DNA of 49,996 nucleotides, counting the filler, from Bipalium vagum (Eukaryota): NCBI GenBank assembly GCA_037834085.1. It is 2 parts of 2 records of this genome, joined end to end, with 100 filler letters (N's around TTAATTAATTAA, not from the genome) between each part and the next. Parts side by side here need not be neighbours in the genome. Positions count along the whole stretch, not along the records: positions 1 to 27,530 come from JBBMKC010087151.1; 1 more part is not named here. The stretch is one strand, 5' to 3'. Within the stretch, counting starts at the first letter, position 1. Each line of letters starts with the position of its first letter. The position numbers were made by a program, and so were the translations under genes. A model generated the notes under the pieces. That model worked only from the letters and a program-made list of their open reading frames with translations. It was not told the DNA's origin and did no database searches. Positions 11,317 to 23,636 of this stretch are shown here, in pieces.

Positions 11317-14300
11317 CTAGCTATCCACCTCCTTGGACTCGGTGACCGCTGTTCTGGGCTCGGTGTACAGGTCGGCGCATTGGGAGTAGAAATTGAACCA
11401 AACGTGTCTGCAGTTTAACAGCTCGCGTTGAATGACGTGATTCTGAAATGGAAAAAAGTCAAGGGTTTGACGGTCACAATTTGTACAAATGAGGGTTTCT
11501 GTCTTTCAACACAAGTTTGCAAATCAATCTTAAAACCTTTTCAAAGTTCGGTTTATTTATCTGTATTCAAACATTGCGCGACCAAGTAAAGATGAAAGCC
11601 AATTAAATGGAGGACAGTTGCCAATCGGTTGTGGTTAAGTCAGACTTGACTGGATTGTGGAATATTCAGAAAATAATACTGTCACGCACAATTGATTATA
11701 TAATAAATGGAGGGAAGTCATAATAATTGGATTTCTCAAGCAGCAGTGCCCAATTTGGGCAAAACATATTCGATGCAGTGTCTCGAACTTCAAGGAGAGA
11801 AGAAAGAATAGAAAATGTTTACCAAGAGATGACCAGTCCAGTCTAGGAAGATTCATTCAGACAACCACCACAGACAAGGAATCCATATTCAAGAAAGACT
11901 TCATTTGACCTTTGAAATCTAAACGTTTTTGAACTATTGGACATCATAAAACACCCTCCAAATTGCGCAGATGTAACACTTTCTGATTATCATTTGTCTC
12001 GATTACTGCATAACCATGGAAAATGGTTTGGGTCTTTTAAAAATTCCGAAGATGGGTTTCCGTGAATTTAAATTTCCCGGATCCTATGCCAAAAGTTCTT
12101 CGGGATCGAAACACAAAGCTACCTCAGAGATGACAGATGATCATTGAAAACAGCAGCCAACATCCAACCGATCAATGATTGAAAGGAAAATGGATTTTTA
12201 AATTGAACAAAAGTGAAGCGCCAATTAAATAATTGCATTGATGCATTAAAACAAAAAAGCCTCTTTTTTCAAACATCCGAGATCACTGCACTGGACCTTG
12301 GTGGATAACGTCATTTAGCATGAAAAGATATCAGAGGTAATGATAAGTGTTTTTGCGTTTCGAACGAGATTATTTCAGATCACTTGATCACCGAGATTTA
12401 GTTTGAGATTCTTGGAGAAAAGGAAAGAGATAAATAAAAGATATGAGAGGTCCCATTTCTAACAATGGTAACAAAGAAGTGAGCAGAAGAGAGTTCTGGA
12501 TCTTAACCAGTCGGAATGTTGCGATAAAGTTTAGCTCTTTTGACCCTCTTTCCACGTGGGCTGATTTCAAAATCGTTTGTCTTTTAGCGTAGGGGTATTA
12601 TCAAAATTTCTGATTTTCAAAGTGTCACCTTGTGGTCCTCGAGCAGATCGATTTTGATAAGTAAGTTGTCCTTGATGAGCTCATAGCGTTGGCGTCTCTG
12701 TTCCAGACTCTCCTGCATCTCCTGCAGCCGAGTCTGGTCATGGTTGTTGACGCCAGCACTGCCTTTCTGTTGCAGCTGGGTCACAAGGTTGACGGTCTCC
12801 GTTTTGTAGGCATCGAACTCGATTCTGGCATTTTCGTAGCTTTGGATTGTGGACATAATGTCGTCGAAGGTCTTGTTCACGAGGGTCTCGAGGGTTTCGT
12901 TGGAGCAGGCCAACTTGTCTATAAGCGAACACAAACAGTTCAGCGGGTAAATCGATCAAAAAGTAATGTGAGAGCTCACTGATCAGATCTTTTATCAGGA
13001 CCGTCTTGTTAGTCTCGATTTGAGTCTGCTTCAGAAAGTTATCCGTAAGCACGAGCTCCGTCTGGCTCATTTCAGCGTTCATACGGGCTGAGTACTGGTG
13101 AACTAGGATCATCTGTCGCAGCTGCTCGATGGTGCGTAGGTTGTTGTTCACCATCAGACCGTACTGGGTCTTCTTTCCTCTGAACGAGAGACCGTGAGAC
13201 TTTCGATTCCGTTACAAACACCCATTACCTGAGTACTTCTATCTTGTCTTCCAAGTTAGAGTCAACTGTCCTGCTCGTTTTCTTCAGCCGCTCCTTCACC
13301 TTCTGCTTGGTCTTCATGAAGGCGTTAATGCCCCAGTTTTTGAAGTTCTGAACCCTCTCCGAAATGTCCACATTCTTGTTGACGACCACGTTTTCCGATA
13401 CTGGCGAAAGCAATGATAAAATTGTCATCTTTATTATCATCAAAGATTATTAATTATTAATTATTATTTATTACTACTGATAATATATTATGACATGTAA
13501 AAGGTCGGCATAGCACATGGACGTCCGGCCCGATTATCACCGCTATTGCAACCAACCAAATGTGCATTCGCTGGACCGTATGATATAACGGTCATTATTC
13601 TGACCCAAAATAATTTTTGCTCAAACGCCGAATCGTAAATGCATAACACTATCAAGATGGAGACGAACGGTGCTCCTCTCTGGTAGGTCAGTACAACGAA
13701 TTGTTGTCGATCGCCTCTGGCAGCCAACGTGTTAAAGATCGTCGTGCTGCAAAGTAAAATGGGTAGCCATATCAATACCGTTCGAAGGTCGATGGCAGTG
13801 GGAGCTCGTCCAGCCGTGACAAAACAGGAATTGACTTCCGACAATAATTGGATGAGATGGATTGGAAAGGAATCATTTATTATGAGTTCCTTCCACAGAG
13901 AGCAAGTGATTCCGACCCGTATTGGGACCAATTAACAAGGCTGCAGCAAGGGATTGTAGAAATCAGATCAGATTCGACAAATGGGAACAGTGTTGTTACC
14001 GTACCGCATGACAGTCACAGACCAAAGACACCTTTGAAGGCCTGGCGCAGATTGGACAAGATTGGCTGGAGAGTAAAGATTCAGACTTGAGTTGAGGTCA
14101 GCTCTTTGCAGGATCGGAAGACTCATTGAAACCATTTTCTGTGAAAGGTTAGGAACGTCTCAGTGGGACGAGTACACGAAAAGTGGCAAAGGGAAATCGA
14201 CGGAAAATAAAGCGTCCCTGTCGTTTAAAGAAATATTTTTGATTCAATTTCAAATGGTTTTTCATACGATACTAAAGCCCTCTTGCACTCTCCCAGCGCT

Positions 14301-14936
14301 ATTGATACAACGTTCCCGTTGTCAAGATGGTCGTTTTTTTTGTCCCTAAGCAGTAGTTAGGCATTTTCGATAGAGGCACAGGAGGAGACCGATGAAGATG
14401 GTTTTTAACAAATTTGACCGGATCATCGCTCAGTCTCCTTCCATTACGGCCGAACTTGTGGCCCACGTGAAAATGGGTCTTGGTCAGGGCGCAGAGAATG
14501 TTTTTTCAGAAAAAGCGAACTAAATGGCGGACACACAGCGAGGCCTGTTGGCCGACAACGTACGATATCGATCTCAAATAAATCGATAAAAGCAGAGATT
14601 GTTGATTTTATCGGAAAATGTAATCGACGGTCAAAGTAAACATTACCGACAGCGCTGTCATTGGTCTCGGTCTTGTCCACGGGAATGTCCTCCATATCCT
14701 CAGTGTTGTCGTGGGAGCCATCTGAAAAGACAAAACAGCGGCTCAACGTTCGCTAGCCCAGCTCAACGCAAGCTACCCTGACTGTGGTCGTTGCTGCTGT
14801 CGTTCCGGGGCAGTGGAACCTCTTCGTTGACACTGTGGGTCCTTGGCGCGGCAACCACGACATCGTTGTCGTCCGCAGTCTTGTGGTCGTCGTCGGAAAC
14901 AACTTCCTGTTCCATATCGCTGTTGGTGTCGGACAT
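11317..14936 (-). CDS. ARFIP: Arfaptin (AH/BAR-domain protein), 340 aa, 6 exons
   Basis: Exons 14936-14777, 14721-14647, 13400-13229, 13179-12980, 12918-12629, 11442-11317. All introns are GT-AG with consistent phases (1,1,2,1,0), giving 1023 nt. Motifs KNWGINAFMKTKQ...SRTVDSNLEDKIEVLR and TLVNKTFDDIMSTIQSYENARIEFDAYK...IKIDLLEDHK match arfaptin. Confidence 0.93.
13700..14090 (+). mobile_element. mariner relic inside arfaptin intron 2 (antisense to the gene)
   Basis: DWKGIIYYEFLP...Y.DQL.RL...HDSHRP...L..IGW, the mariner catalytic-domain segment. Confidence 0.8.
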
Positions 14937-15619
14937 TGTTGCGAGAAAAGCGTTCAAAGTGCAAAGGCGGGCTAGACAAACGTTCGGCAAGTGTTTATTA
15001 AGGTTGAATTCGTCTCACAAATCGCTCGGGCAAGCGGCGAAAGCAATTTCAGGTCGGCGAAACAAAATTTGAATTGCGACAATTACGAGTTTATGGAGAT
15101 GGACGATTAAAACAAAGGACCGGTTTCGGCAATTACATCCAGAACTCGTTTAAAGCTGCCAACAGCCAACCGACCGTGCTGGAGAGTTGGAAAGTTTTTT
15201 TTTCATTTTAATCTGCAACACTTTGTAGCTAAAATTATCGATTTTTCAATTTTTCAATCAAAAAATTGATTTTTCACCAAAACATCACAAAACAAAACAA
15301 ATTTTTATATAAGAAAAATTAAGCAAAAATTTTCCGAAATAAAACAAATTTTTACTTTGGAAAAGTTTTGATAAAACTTTTTAAATTTAAAATTGTCGTT
15401 GGAGTTTTAGAGCCTAAAAAAAGGTTAAAACTCAAAATTTTTTAGTTACAAAATTAAACAATCAATAATTTTTTAGCATAATACTGATAATAATATTAAT
15501 AATAATAATAATACCGTGGTTACAAATATATTTAATGTTTTCAAAGTGTTTTTAACCAAATACCGTCTTTGAAAATCGTTACCTCACTTTAACGGTTTGT
15601 TCGTTTAATTATTTTTGTT

Positions 15620-16390
15620 AAGTTTTATATTATTATGAAACTATTCGTACCGTTAGCTCGTTAATTGACTTACCTTGTCACCACTGCTGTCAAAAACGTG
15701 TGCGCAAAGAATCGAATCAAAACGACTTTAATAATCAAACTTTATTCTTTTAATATAATAAGACAAAAGTGAATAATGTGCAATGTAAAATGTCTCAAAT
15801 AGTCGGAATCAATAAACAATATTGAAAATAAATACAATCAAATCAAAAAATCAATAAAATTTAAATCAAATGTTAATAGTTAATCAGATAAGTGTTAGTT
15901 TAACAAACGAAAAAATCCAATCGTACTCTCACATATTGATAAAACGATGGGTCCTAACAGCGTGGGACTCATCGTTGTCTCCTGCCGCATTAAAACTTGC
16001 ATAATCAGTGATTATTAATCACAATGAATTTTAAAAACTGATAAATATATAGGGCTTCTGAAGTTTTTGTGGCAGTCCATTGAAGATTCCAGTGCCTTTT
16101 ATACTGATGAGACGACTACTCGGTCCCAGACCAGTATTCTTAATGGGAAACATCAATTCCCTTTTTAGACACTAAAACCTAAGCCGGTCTCTAATTTTGG
16201 AATTTGGTTTAATCATGAAAATTCAACATTCGCCATTGAGAAGATTAAATTATTAATTGATAAAAATTGTTATTTTCATTATAATTATTAGTTTCTTCTT
16301 CTCATTCCGATTTTGACCCTTTTGTGGTCTTTCTAATTAATTTATTAATATTGTTATTCTATTATATTGTTATGCTACCCTATCACAACA
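15620..16390 (-). mobile_element. LTR (copy A, ~15688-16390) followed by a PBS-like TGGTGACAAG (15683-15674) and internal leader
   Basis: Ends ...AATAAAG...TTTTGACA, then GCAG-TGG. Homologous to 16425-17001 at its 3' end and to 21305-22225 at both ends. Confidence 0.7.
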
Positions 16391-16424
16391 CTTTGGTCGT
16401 AAAGTTTACTGATCCTTTCACTTT

Positions 16425-17001
16425 TGTCAAAACGTGTACGTAAATGAATGAATCAAAACAACTACAAACAACACTTTATTAACACAGTTACAATTACAAT
16501 GTTTCAAATAATCAAATCGAATTATCAGCAAAATGTCTACAATCAAACAATCAAATGTTTCAAAGACAAAATCCAAAAATAAAGAATAATAAGAATCATA
16601 AATAATCAAATACTTTCAATTAAATCAAAAGGTAAATGAAATGTCTTAGGAAAATGTTAATAGAATTAAAGATTTATTTTAAACAGAAAATTAAAAAATA
16701 ATGAGACTGTTTCTGATCTGTCGACGACAGGTCCACAATGTGGTTTTCTGAGCCTAATCCGGTTTGCTCAAAACAATTAAGAGCATAAATGACACCAGCT
16801 TGAAATCTTAGAATATCTTCTGATCAATAAATTTTTCCTTAGTCTCTCTTTTGTGAAAACCCACTGGATTCTAACGCTTAAATACCATTCTCGTCAGTCG
16901 ATCAACCAATCATAGCCAAACTTTATCGCTTGTAAATGTCAATTCCATTATTATAGTCAAAGTACGATTTGTACGAGTCAATCCTTTACGATTTACTGAC
17001 A
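16425..17001 (-). mobile_element. LTR (copy B), 577 bp, TGTCA...TGACA
   Basis: Perfect 5-bp terminal inverted ends. Its 3' 60 bp are similar to copy A (AATAAAGT...TTTTGATTC...CACGTTTTGACA). Confidence 0.65.
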
Positions 17002-18267
17002 TTTAGAGATCAGATAATTACGAAGGTCAAGAATTTAGCTGGGGTTCGAACGAGTTATGTGGAGGTGGTTAATAAAAAAAATAATAATGATATTAATAAT
17101 AATAATAATTTAACAACTAAGACGTTCCAAGAATGACTCTTAAGATCTTCGTTTGATTTGGTTCATTCATTCTAAATTTCCGAATATTACAATACTTTGT
17201 CATACGATTACATTTTCGCCAAACAATACCGGGTGCCACTTTATCGATTTCGGATCAGTGGTTACATGAGTCCAATTTACTTTGGAATTCATTTGCCTTT
17301 GGATCCGAGAAACCATGTGAGGCGATAAATATGGTTTGAGGAAAAATTCGGTTTTCGCGATGAGCGTTAACATCCGTTGAAATCTTTATCAATCCTGAAA
17401 ACCTTTTTAAACTCACCACAGATATGAAGGAGAGAAATCTTTTGTGGAAAGACAAATAGGTTGAGCTTGACCATGAACCATCACCAAGAAAATCATGAGC
17501 TTTTTAATATTAAGGTGATGGAAAACCAAAGTCCGTGGAGGATACACTTTTTACACAAGGAAAATGACTGAGATGACGATGGAAAACTGACAACCACAGA
17601 TGGAGTGACCCTTAAGCTCGTCCTTGTGGTTATTTAATTTTTCTTGTCTGCTTTTTCAATTCCCCTCTCCTTGTCCATTATCAATAGATAATGTTTGAAG
17701 GTCTCCAACTCAGAATTAAAAAGAATTAAGTAATGCTCACAAGTCACGGAGGCCACAGGAGACTGAGATTTAAGAATGGAGATCTTCAAAGAATTCGATT
17801 TTATTTCAAGATCGTTCAATGATTTCATTTCAGCAGCTGGTCTTATGGAGTGTGAGGACATCTTTCCGAAGACTTGGTGTCTATAAACACCAGCCCTATG
17901 AAACCTAACGCAAAATCGACCGATGTAACTTTTTTCAACCCTCAGATTCAACGCTCCGCTCGCTATCCGCAGGGTTCCGCGTTGCTTCTGCAAAAGATGA
18001 CGGACTTTCATCCGTAAAACCGCACACCGCACTGTGCTGCACACCGATGATGATAAGCGTTGGCTTGGTCGATGTTTTGTAATAATAATTATGATTACAA
18101 GACCTGTACCACGCACTGAGCTGCAGCGTCGGATCCAATTAATTCGCTGATGAGCGTGGGCTGGACCAGCTTTCTTGTGCTCACTTGGATTGATCAGCTC
18201 ACACTTTGCACTAAACGTTCTCATGACTTTGCTCAGTCAGCTCCGCAAACACGTCCGTCACTATCCC

Positions 18268-18639
18268 ATGCAATGTGCCCTGCGTCTTGCCGTGTTTCTG
18301 TGGGTCGCAGTGACTCTGTCGCTTGGAAAGAGCGAGGAGAACATGAAACTGCTCATGGACACTCTCAGTAACAAGGCCACCGTGAACAGGATCAGAAATT
18401 ACGTTCTGATTGACCTGGAAAAGTATAAGGAGACAATCTGGGAGACGACAAGCCTGAACGAATGCCACGAAAGGTGCAGGGACGTCTACATCACCATCAG
18501 CAACCATTGCTACAAGAACCTCGTTCCTTATCCCGAGAAAGACGTCTGTCGCTACAGCATTCTGCCCCCGGTTCTCAGAATGTGCTTGGAGTATTGTCGC
18601 TCTCGATTTCCGTTTGTGACGCTGCAGACGTATTCTTGA
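18268..18639 (+). CDS. Small secreted six-cysteine protein, 123 aa, unknown family
   Basis: Signal peptide MQCALRLAVFLWVAVTLSLG; mature Cys pattern C-x3-C-x10-C-x12-C-x11-C-x3-C. GC-rich third codon positions resemble arfaptin. Single exon. Confidence 0.7.
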   Translation: MQCALRLAVFLWVAVTLSLGKSEENMKLLMDTLSNKATVNRIRNYVLIDLEKYKETIWETTSLNECHERCRDVYITISNHCYKNLVPYPEKDVCRYSILPPVLRMCLEYCRSRFPFVTLQTYS

Positions 18640-20413
18640 AGGCCATGTCGTTTTGGAGACCTCTCTGCAGTGCTCTGAAAAGTATCCGAACATTTTCATG
18701 TTTACTATCCTGTAAGGTATAATAAAGGGTCCAGGACATGAGAAGAAGTTTTTTTTATTTAAAATGATCACAACGTTAACAATCCAATCACCTTGTCCGA
18801 AGGTTTCATACCTAATGCGGATGACTTCGGCCAAGGAAACCCTTTGATCTCAGAAAGTGATAGAGAAAATAAATTCCCGAACGCGGGTTCTGAGATGCTC
18901 AAAGTTTTAAATATGGAAACGGTCCTAACGGCTGACTTTTAACAGGGTTTAATCTAGGTTCCCATGGAAAATAATTAAAATTTGTTTAAATCGATCCGAG
19001 GATTTGACCAGAGAAATTGCGGGTCTTAACCTGGTTTCATTTATTTAATCAATCTTTTCTCACATGGTTAGGCAGGTGAGCACAAGTTCAGATGATGAAA
19101 AGGGCCGGCCCAGTCAATTCCAGGATCCCAAATTGAATTTGTAGGAGAGACGGTCATCTTCTCTATCACAAGAGAAGGGTTGCTTAGAACCCAAAGAATA
19201 CAAAATAAATGATTTGGTGAAAGTTAAGCTTTCTCTGATCTGTCACTGATGATTCCGCAAGTGGTAACTATTTCACTAAAAATTCGAAATGGCGGGGACG
19301 TTTGTGGAATCGGGTACTTTAAAAAGAACAAACGACACCAAAACTGCTTTCATTTTTAAAATAATCTTTGTTGAATACACCGGAACCTATTTTCCAAGCA
19401 GTATTTTAGGCGATATTAATATCTGGCGACACAAAATGTTCCGTAAGATCTTTAAGTTTGAACAAAGAGAAAGCGACATTGTTTAGCGCAAGCCCCCTGG
19501 TCAGAGTAACTCTTTATATACTTGATGTCCAGTCCGATTTTATTGGATATTGAGGTGGGAAAGAAAGTTTAATTTACACAAAGCCCAAGACACCAGTCCA
19601 CTGATGTTGTGCCTGAATCGTCATTCCCCCTTGTCTGTCGCTCATATCCCTGCTCATCTACTGATCACAGTGTTCAAAGATTTGCTTAAGGAAATGTACT
19701 TGAAAAGTCATATTTGTAAACCATTTTGTCCTAAAATATTATCAACCGAAGCTTGTGAACCATGTCCCTCTCAATTGACACAAAATGACAGAGACTCTTA
19801 AGGCCAAATCATCTTCGTTTGCAGAAGCTTTTACCAACCCTTTGGTTTTCTGTTTGAGATTGTGGAAATAATGATCTGTTTTCCTTTGTGGCCAACTGTT
19901 TCCCTCCAAGATAAGGTGGGAAAAAATAAACCTTTTCATTGGGTACTTCCTGGAATTACCTTGAGCTTATCATTACCCATTCTTTGCAGACTTCTTTATT
20001 AAGAGTTTTTCTTTCTATAGCACCCTCTCAGTGACCCTTACTTTCAAGCCCTGGTAAGCTCTACAAATTGCTGAGAATAGTCGATCCTACTTTAATTTGT
20101 AACAGAACCTTTCTCCATTAATTTGTTCAACGTATTACATTTTTATATTTCATCAAAAGGTACCCTAAACTTTATACACGGATTTTCATGAATATTGAGG
20201 ACGTTGTTTCTTGGAAGGCGGTTGCACTATTTTATGATTTAGTCTTCATCAATAAAACGAGCTTAGACCTGGCAGACGTAGTCGATGTGACTGGTGAAAC
20301 CATTTGACTGCTCTTGCGTCCACTGTGCACTGGAAGGTCGTGGGGGGCAATGGGTTCCACGTGAATTGTCAGAAGATAACGGATTAAGTGTTCTTAGCAG
20401 CTGTCCTGCAACT

Positions 20414-20770
20414 TCAGGCAGGAAAAGTATTCTTTCTGAGTGGTTGGTTAATTTGCAACGAAAGAAGATGTCGTACTTCAAATAGAAGTGTTCTCCCTTG
20501 TTTTCATTAATTACTTACCATTATTATCTAATTGTTTTTGCCCCATTTGGTCACTGACCCTAACAGTTGATGTTGTGAGAACATAATTGTTCTCCATTTG
20601 ACACTTTGACAAGTGATCACTCTTTTCTTTAAACTCGATTAAGTGTTTGAGACCGTCGACGATTCGAACATTACCCATGGGCGGTTTAATCGATTTTACG
20701 GGGCAGGAAGTGATTTTCATCGTTTTACTGTCACTTTCCAGTTGAGCCAAAACGTTTCGCGTGTCTATTT
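20414..20770 (-). CDS. Possible 3' exons of an unknown gene (43-bp intron 20476-20518)
   Basis: ORF 20511-20750 ends at a strong G|GTAAGT donor. Splicing to TTGAAG| gives VRHLLSLQINQPLRKNTFPA*. No homology recognised and the 5' end is unresolved. Confidence 0.3.
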
Positions 20771-21049
20771 TGATGCATTCATAAAAGAAGACGTTAATAT
20801 CAAAAGTGAAGGATCAGCACATTTTATGCTCAGTATTGAAAAAAAGACTTTTACCGTGAGAAACACACGGACTGTTTCGGTTACCTAAGCTTTTTTGTTA
20901 TTCAATTTTTGGATAATTTTAAAATTGTAATTTATTGGCGCTCGAAACACCAGCGCCTAGAATGACCTAAAACTCGGGGTCTACTTTTTAAGGTAACATT
21001 ATCATAAAGACGATTTTTATTATTATTTTTAGTATTAATATTGGTGGAC

Positions 21050-22480
21050 AAATTGTGTGTTGATACAATACCGCTTCGTGAGACAAGGTCAATCAATCAC
21101 AGCAGAGGTCTATAGTATTCAATTGTAAGGAATGAAGAAGAATCTTTCAAAAAACCAGCCCAGATTGGCCTATAAAGACAGATCAATACTCCTCATGATA
21201 ATGTTTGTCAGGACGTTGCTAATCTAATTGTGTTTATTTAATTTGTTGGGTTAGCAATGGTCACATCCCTTTAATCCTTTAGATTATTTTTTATAGACCG
21301 TTGAAGGGTCTAGGATATGTATAATATTAATTAATTAATTAGAAAGACCACAAAAGGGTCAACGGAATAATAATAACAAAATAATTATAAAAGTACAAAC
21401 AATTAATTATAAAAGTAATAAAAATATATTATTTTTTTATCAATAAGTGATTTAGTCTTGACAACGACAAATGTCGAATTGACAGGGTCATCAAATCGGG
21501 ACCTATTTAGGTTATAATTGACATTCCCCCTTAAGAATATTGGTCTACGACTGAGTAGTCATATGATCAGTATAAAAGGCAATGGTATCTTCAATGCAAT
21601 GTCACAAAAAGGGAATTAGAAAAATTTGTATTGATTTTAATTTTCGCAAGAAACGCTGACTTCTTGATTATTTGTCAGAAGAAAGATTTGACTTTGTCAG
21701 ACGAAATATTGATCTATTTGTCGGAGGTAAGCCATTGAGAAGATTTTATTCAATTTGGTGAAAATTTTATGTTTATGTCCACTTGTTTTAGACAGGAGCC
21801 AATAATGGGCCATTGTTGTTAGGGCGTTTATGAGAGTACAGATTCGGACTTGTCAAACAACCATAGGACCCATCGTTTTCAAAAGACTTGTATTTCCTGT
21901 CGTTCCTGTTTTTCATTCAAAATTAACATTACTCTTATTAATAGGTTTGAGAATGTTGATCCAACATTTACTGACTATTCGATTTGATTATTCATTATTG
22001 ATTTTTCTGACTTTTAGTATTTTTTTATTGATTTTGAATAATTGAGATATTTTACGTTGGATACTGTGTTATTGTGTGACCACCTTTGTGTATCTGTGTT
22101 AACAGAATTAAGTGTTATTGTTGTCGTATTGATTCAACTATTTTCGAGCACGCCAGGGTCACTAAATTTACGAGCTTAGTCTTACGAAAAGATTTCATAG
22201 TAATATAAAGCTAACAAATAAAAATTCTGGATAAGGATTTGGAAACCATGGATCATCCTCTATATTCTCAAGACCTTTCACTTACCGAAAACCATTTTTC
22301 AGAAATTTGTAAAACTTCTAAAAAGAAAATAAGTTCCAATTCGAAGAGCTTGTCTAAAGTGTCTTTATATAATTTATTGGTTCTCTCTGAAGCCAGAGTT
22401 TTTTCATGAATGTATCTCCGAATATCCGATTATACGCAGAGATGACATATATCCGTGCCGAAGGTGTCTACTTTGATTAG
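21050..22480 (+). mobile_element. mariner relic interrupted by an LTR-family insertion
   Basis: GQSITAEVY...QPRL...ILLHDN-like segment at 21090-21210 resumes as LETMDHPLYSQDLS at ~22235. Confidence 0.7.
21305..22225 (+). mobile_element. LTR family copy C plus leader, inserted in the mariner relic
   Basis: TTAATTAGAAAGACCACAAAAGGGTCAA matches the 5' end of copy A. ACGAGCT...TTTCATA.TAATATAAA matches the leader downstream of copy A. Confidence 0.7.
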
Positions 22481-23636
22481 TTCCATCGTTCCATGTCAAA
22501 GACCTCTAATAATGGTCGAATATTAAATCTACGTATTCCACGCTTCATGACCTCACATTTTCCTTTAAAATTGAATTAATCTTTATTTTCATATTATCGT
22601 TTTTCTTTTTTATTTACTCCACAAAATATTGATTGAAAGCTTCCTTTATGGAGAATTCTTTTTTTCTTGGAACAACGTCCTCCTCAGAAAAGGGGTCTTT
22701 GATGAATGGTTCAAATCAAACAAGAAAAGATGCAATACAGATCTTACACACCTTTAAACAGTTCAAGACCTATACTATCTCTCAACCCGTACTCAGCGAA
22801 ACCAAAGATCTTTAATTCTTAACATATACAAAAAGAACTGGTCCCCGGTCCTTTGAGTTACCCGTCGAGCAAGGCTCTTTTCCTTAATTCGTAACAGGTG
22901 TCACCTCGTACAGCTTCAAAGAGCCAAAGCTTTCAGATTCAAAGAAACAGGAATATTTAAAGAGGAAGACAGAGGAATGTATTACGACTAAAGGAAAACC
23001 GATATTACTGTCTCCAAAGCTCAGAAACAGATATCCTCACATTACTTCCTTGTCCCCTAACTCTGATTATATCATGTCATCTTGAATAGAAGAGTGAGAG
23101 GACATGGAAAGCTCTGTCAAAACAAGCTCTGTCGAAGAAAGACGACCTGGAATGACCCGAAATGCGAGGCCTAGTGATCTGTTCACCTCCACAATCCAGG
23201 CATGAGCCAGATCAATAATTACCAAATCTAAAAATACGCTGCATTCTGATTGGTCGACGTGGTAACGTGTGGCATTGTCATTTATACTTTCTCTGAATCA
23301 CCGAGGTCGCTCTACTTTTAGAAACGTTTCGATGTGCCTGGTCAGCTGATCGACGTGTGCGACCTTTGTCCGAAAGGGTGACGCCATTTGTGCTCGAGCA
23401 CTCAGCTGCACGCACAGGGGACATTCACAAGGTGCAAGGCAAGTAAAAATGTTACGGTTGACGTCTGTGATCACAAACCATAAAACAATTATACTGTTAC
23501 TTCCAGTGAACGCAAAAACAAAGAGGTCGTTGGAAAAGGTCAATGTCGACAACAACGACGCATAAAACAACGCTGGAACGATTTATTTACACAAATACAT
23601 TCTGAGGTAAAGGCTGGTTGAGAGGGGTCGGCACTG

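Noticed and set aside
12689-15072. Multiple overlapping ORFs in other frames and strands over arfaptin (also 18211-18834 and 24009-24643)
   Set aside because: Shadow ORFs of GC-rich exons or promoter; the spliced model explains the region.
17200-18224. Possible minus-strand spliced gene divergent from the 18268 gene
   Set aside because: Several GTGAG donors and short intron candidates exist, but every model tried hits internal stops and no homology was recognised.
22648-23085. Coding-like frame continuing through two TAA stops (similar cases at ~664 and 17400-17880), raising the idea of stop-codon reassignment
   Set aside because: Intact genes end in TAA (2210, 27081), TAG (11317) and TGA (18639, 49594) at sensible positions and contain no internal stops. 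Decay or chance is simpler.
23244-23290. ATTGG-TC-GACGTGG cluster resembling an ERSE/UPRE element
   Set aside because: Spacing matches neither ERSE (N9) nor ERSE-II (N1), and no correctly oriented gene or TATA is associated.
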